The notes under the pieces: model-generated
The model's database searches: none
Seen by the model: only the letters and a program-made list of their open reading frames with translations
What the model was told of the DNA's origin: nothing
Part shown: piece after piece, positions 63,376-64,000 of the stretch
Layout: each line of letters starts with the position of its first letter
How positions within the stretch are numbered: position 1 is the first letter of the stretch
DNA from: Cyanobacteriota bacterium
Lineage (GTDB): Bacteria; Cyanobacteriota; Cyanobacteriia; Thermostichales; Thermostichaceae
DNA: 64,000 bases
Reading direction: 5' to 3'
Assembly: GCA_033764955.1 (NCBI GenBank)
Contig: JANRIL010000042.1
Coordinates: forward strand, 32,001-96,000
Translations under genes and position numbers: made by a program

Positions 63376-63671
63376 GCTAATAAAATGAGAGGCGGAACGT
63401 TAGCAAAACAGAGGTCAGGGGAGCCCGATATTCATCACACTTATCACATTTATCCATATCCATTGCCTATTGACATTCCTTTCATCCATTGGCTCAAGGT
63501 AAACTGACGGCAGCCAAGCAGCGCCAATCCATAAACCAACTGCGGCTGTCAACTGGGTAGCCAGGAAGTCGGGATCCCTCCCTATTCAGCAAGTTCTGAG
63601 ATAACCCCCAGCCTTCTATTTTAGCGTCTATGGGAATTTAGAATGGAGCTACCCTCGCTTGGCTATTGATT

Positions 63672-64000
63672 TTGCTTTCGACTGCTTCCGACTCGTCTGA
63701 ACAATCCCGCCAACAGAGCGACTGGCGGTTGTTAGGGGCGCTCTGGCCCTATGCCCGTCGCCACTGGAGTTATTTGGTATGGTCGCTGGTTTTCTTGCCC
63801 TTATTGGCGTTCGCTGATGCCGTGCAGCCCCTCATCCTGCAACGGGCGATTGATGGCCCAATTGCTCAAGCGCTGGCGGAAGGACAGTTAGCCATCTCCG
63901 GCTTAACGATCTACATAGTTTGGCTCCTGTTAACAGTTGTTGCCCGTCTAGTCTTTCAGGGGTTGGAGGGCTACACCAGCCAGACCTTGGGGCAACTGAT
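63672..64000 (+). CDS. ABC exporter permease/ATPase, N-terminal part (runs off window end; TTG start at 63666 or 63672)
   Basis: Manual translation QQSDWRLLGALWPYARRH...AVQPLILQRAIDGPI is typical of the first TM helices of ABCB-type transporters; open to the window end. Confidence 0.8.
   Translation, partial: MLSTASDSSEQSRQQSDWRLLGALWPYARRHWSYLVWSLVFLPLLAFADAVQPLILQRAIDGPIAQALAEGQLAISGLTIYIVWLLLTVVARLVFQGLEGYTSQTLGQL

Noticed and set aside
1..64000. CRISPR array, rRNA, IS transposase, prophage; many antisense or nested ORFs of 60-180 aa in the track
   Set aside because: No regularly spaced repeats or hallmark genes were seen; the nested ORFs are shadows of confidently identified genes.

Overview
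Cyanobacterial chromosomal window (petC-petA, hli, labA, cyAbrB, DUF561/DUF3067/DUF3038/DUF4335). It is saturated with the palindrome GGGATCCC rather than canonical HIP1 (GCGATCGC), which points to the Thermostichus / hot-spring Synechococcus lineage. Most of it is housekeeping: acpP, der, ppx, cobB, argG, mutS2, ald, ureC, tRNA-Glu, tig, thiL, lpxC-fabZ-lpxA-lpxB, aspA, coaBC, pepN, glyQ. Signalling genes are interspersed: two Cache-SpoIIE phosphatases, a PAS adenylate cyclase with a C-terminal DEP domain, a pseudo-receiver-FHA protein, and a hybrid kinase plus REC-GGDEF-EAL pair. The best candidate for a new system is an AT-rich, GGGATCCC-free ~1.95 kb insert (about 45128-47100) between lpxB and the DUF3038 gene. 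It is bounded by integron attC-like sites whose cores match as a 13-bp inverted repeat, has no integrase nearby, and carries a translationally coupled ABC-type ATPase plus a small TOPRIM-like protein. It looks like a solitary gene cassette encoding a putative anti-phage/toxin module. Two possible recoding or lesion sites were also seen: an A9 tract that puts the natural N-terminus of a SpoIIE phosphatase out of frame, and an amber codon inside the acidic tail of trigger factor. All family calls come from motif recognition by eye; no searches were run.
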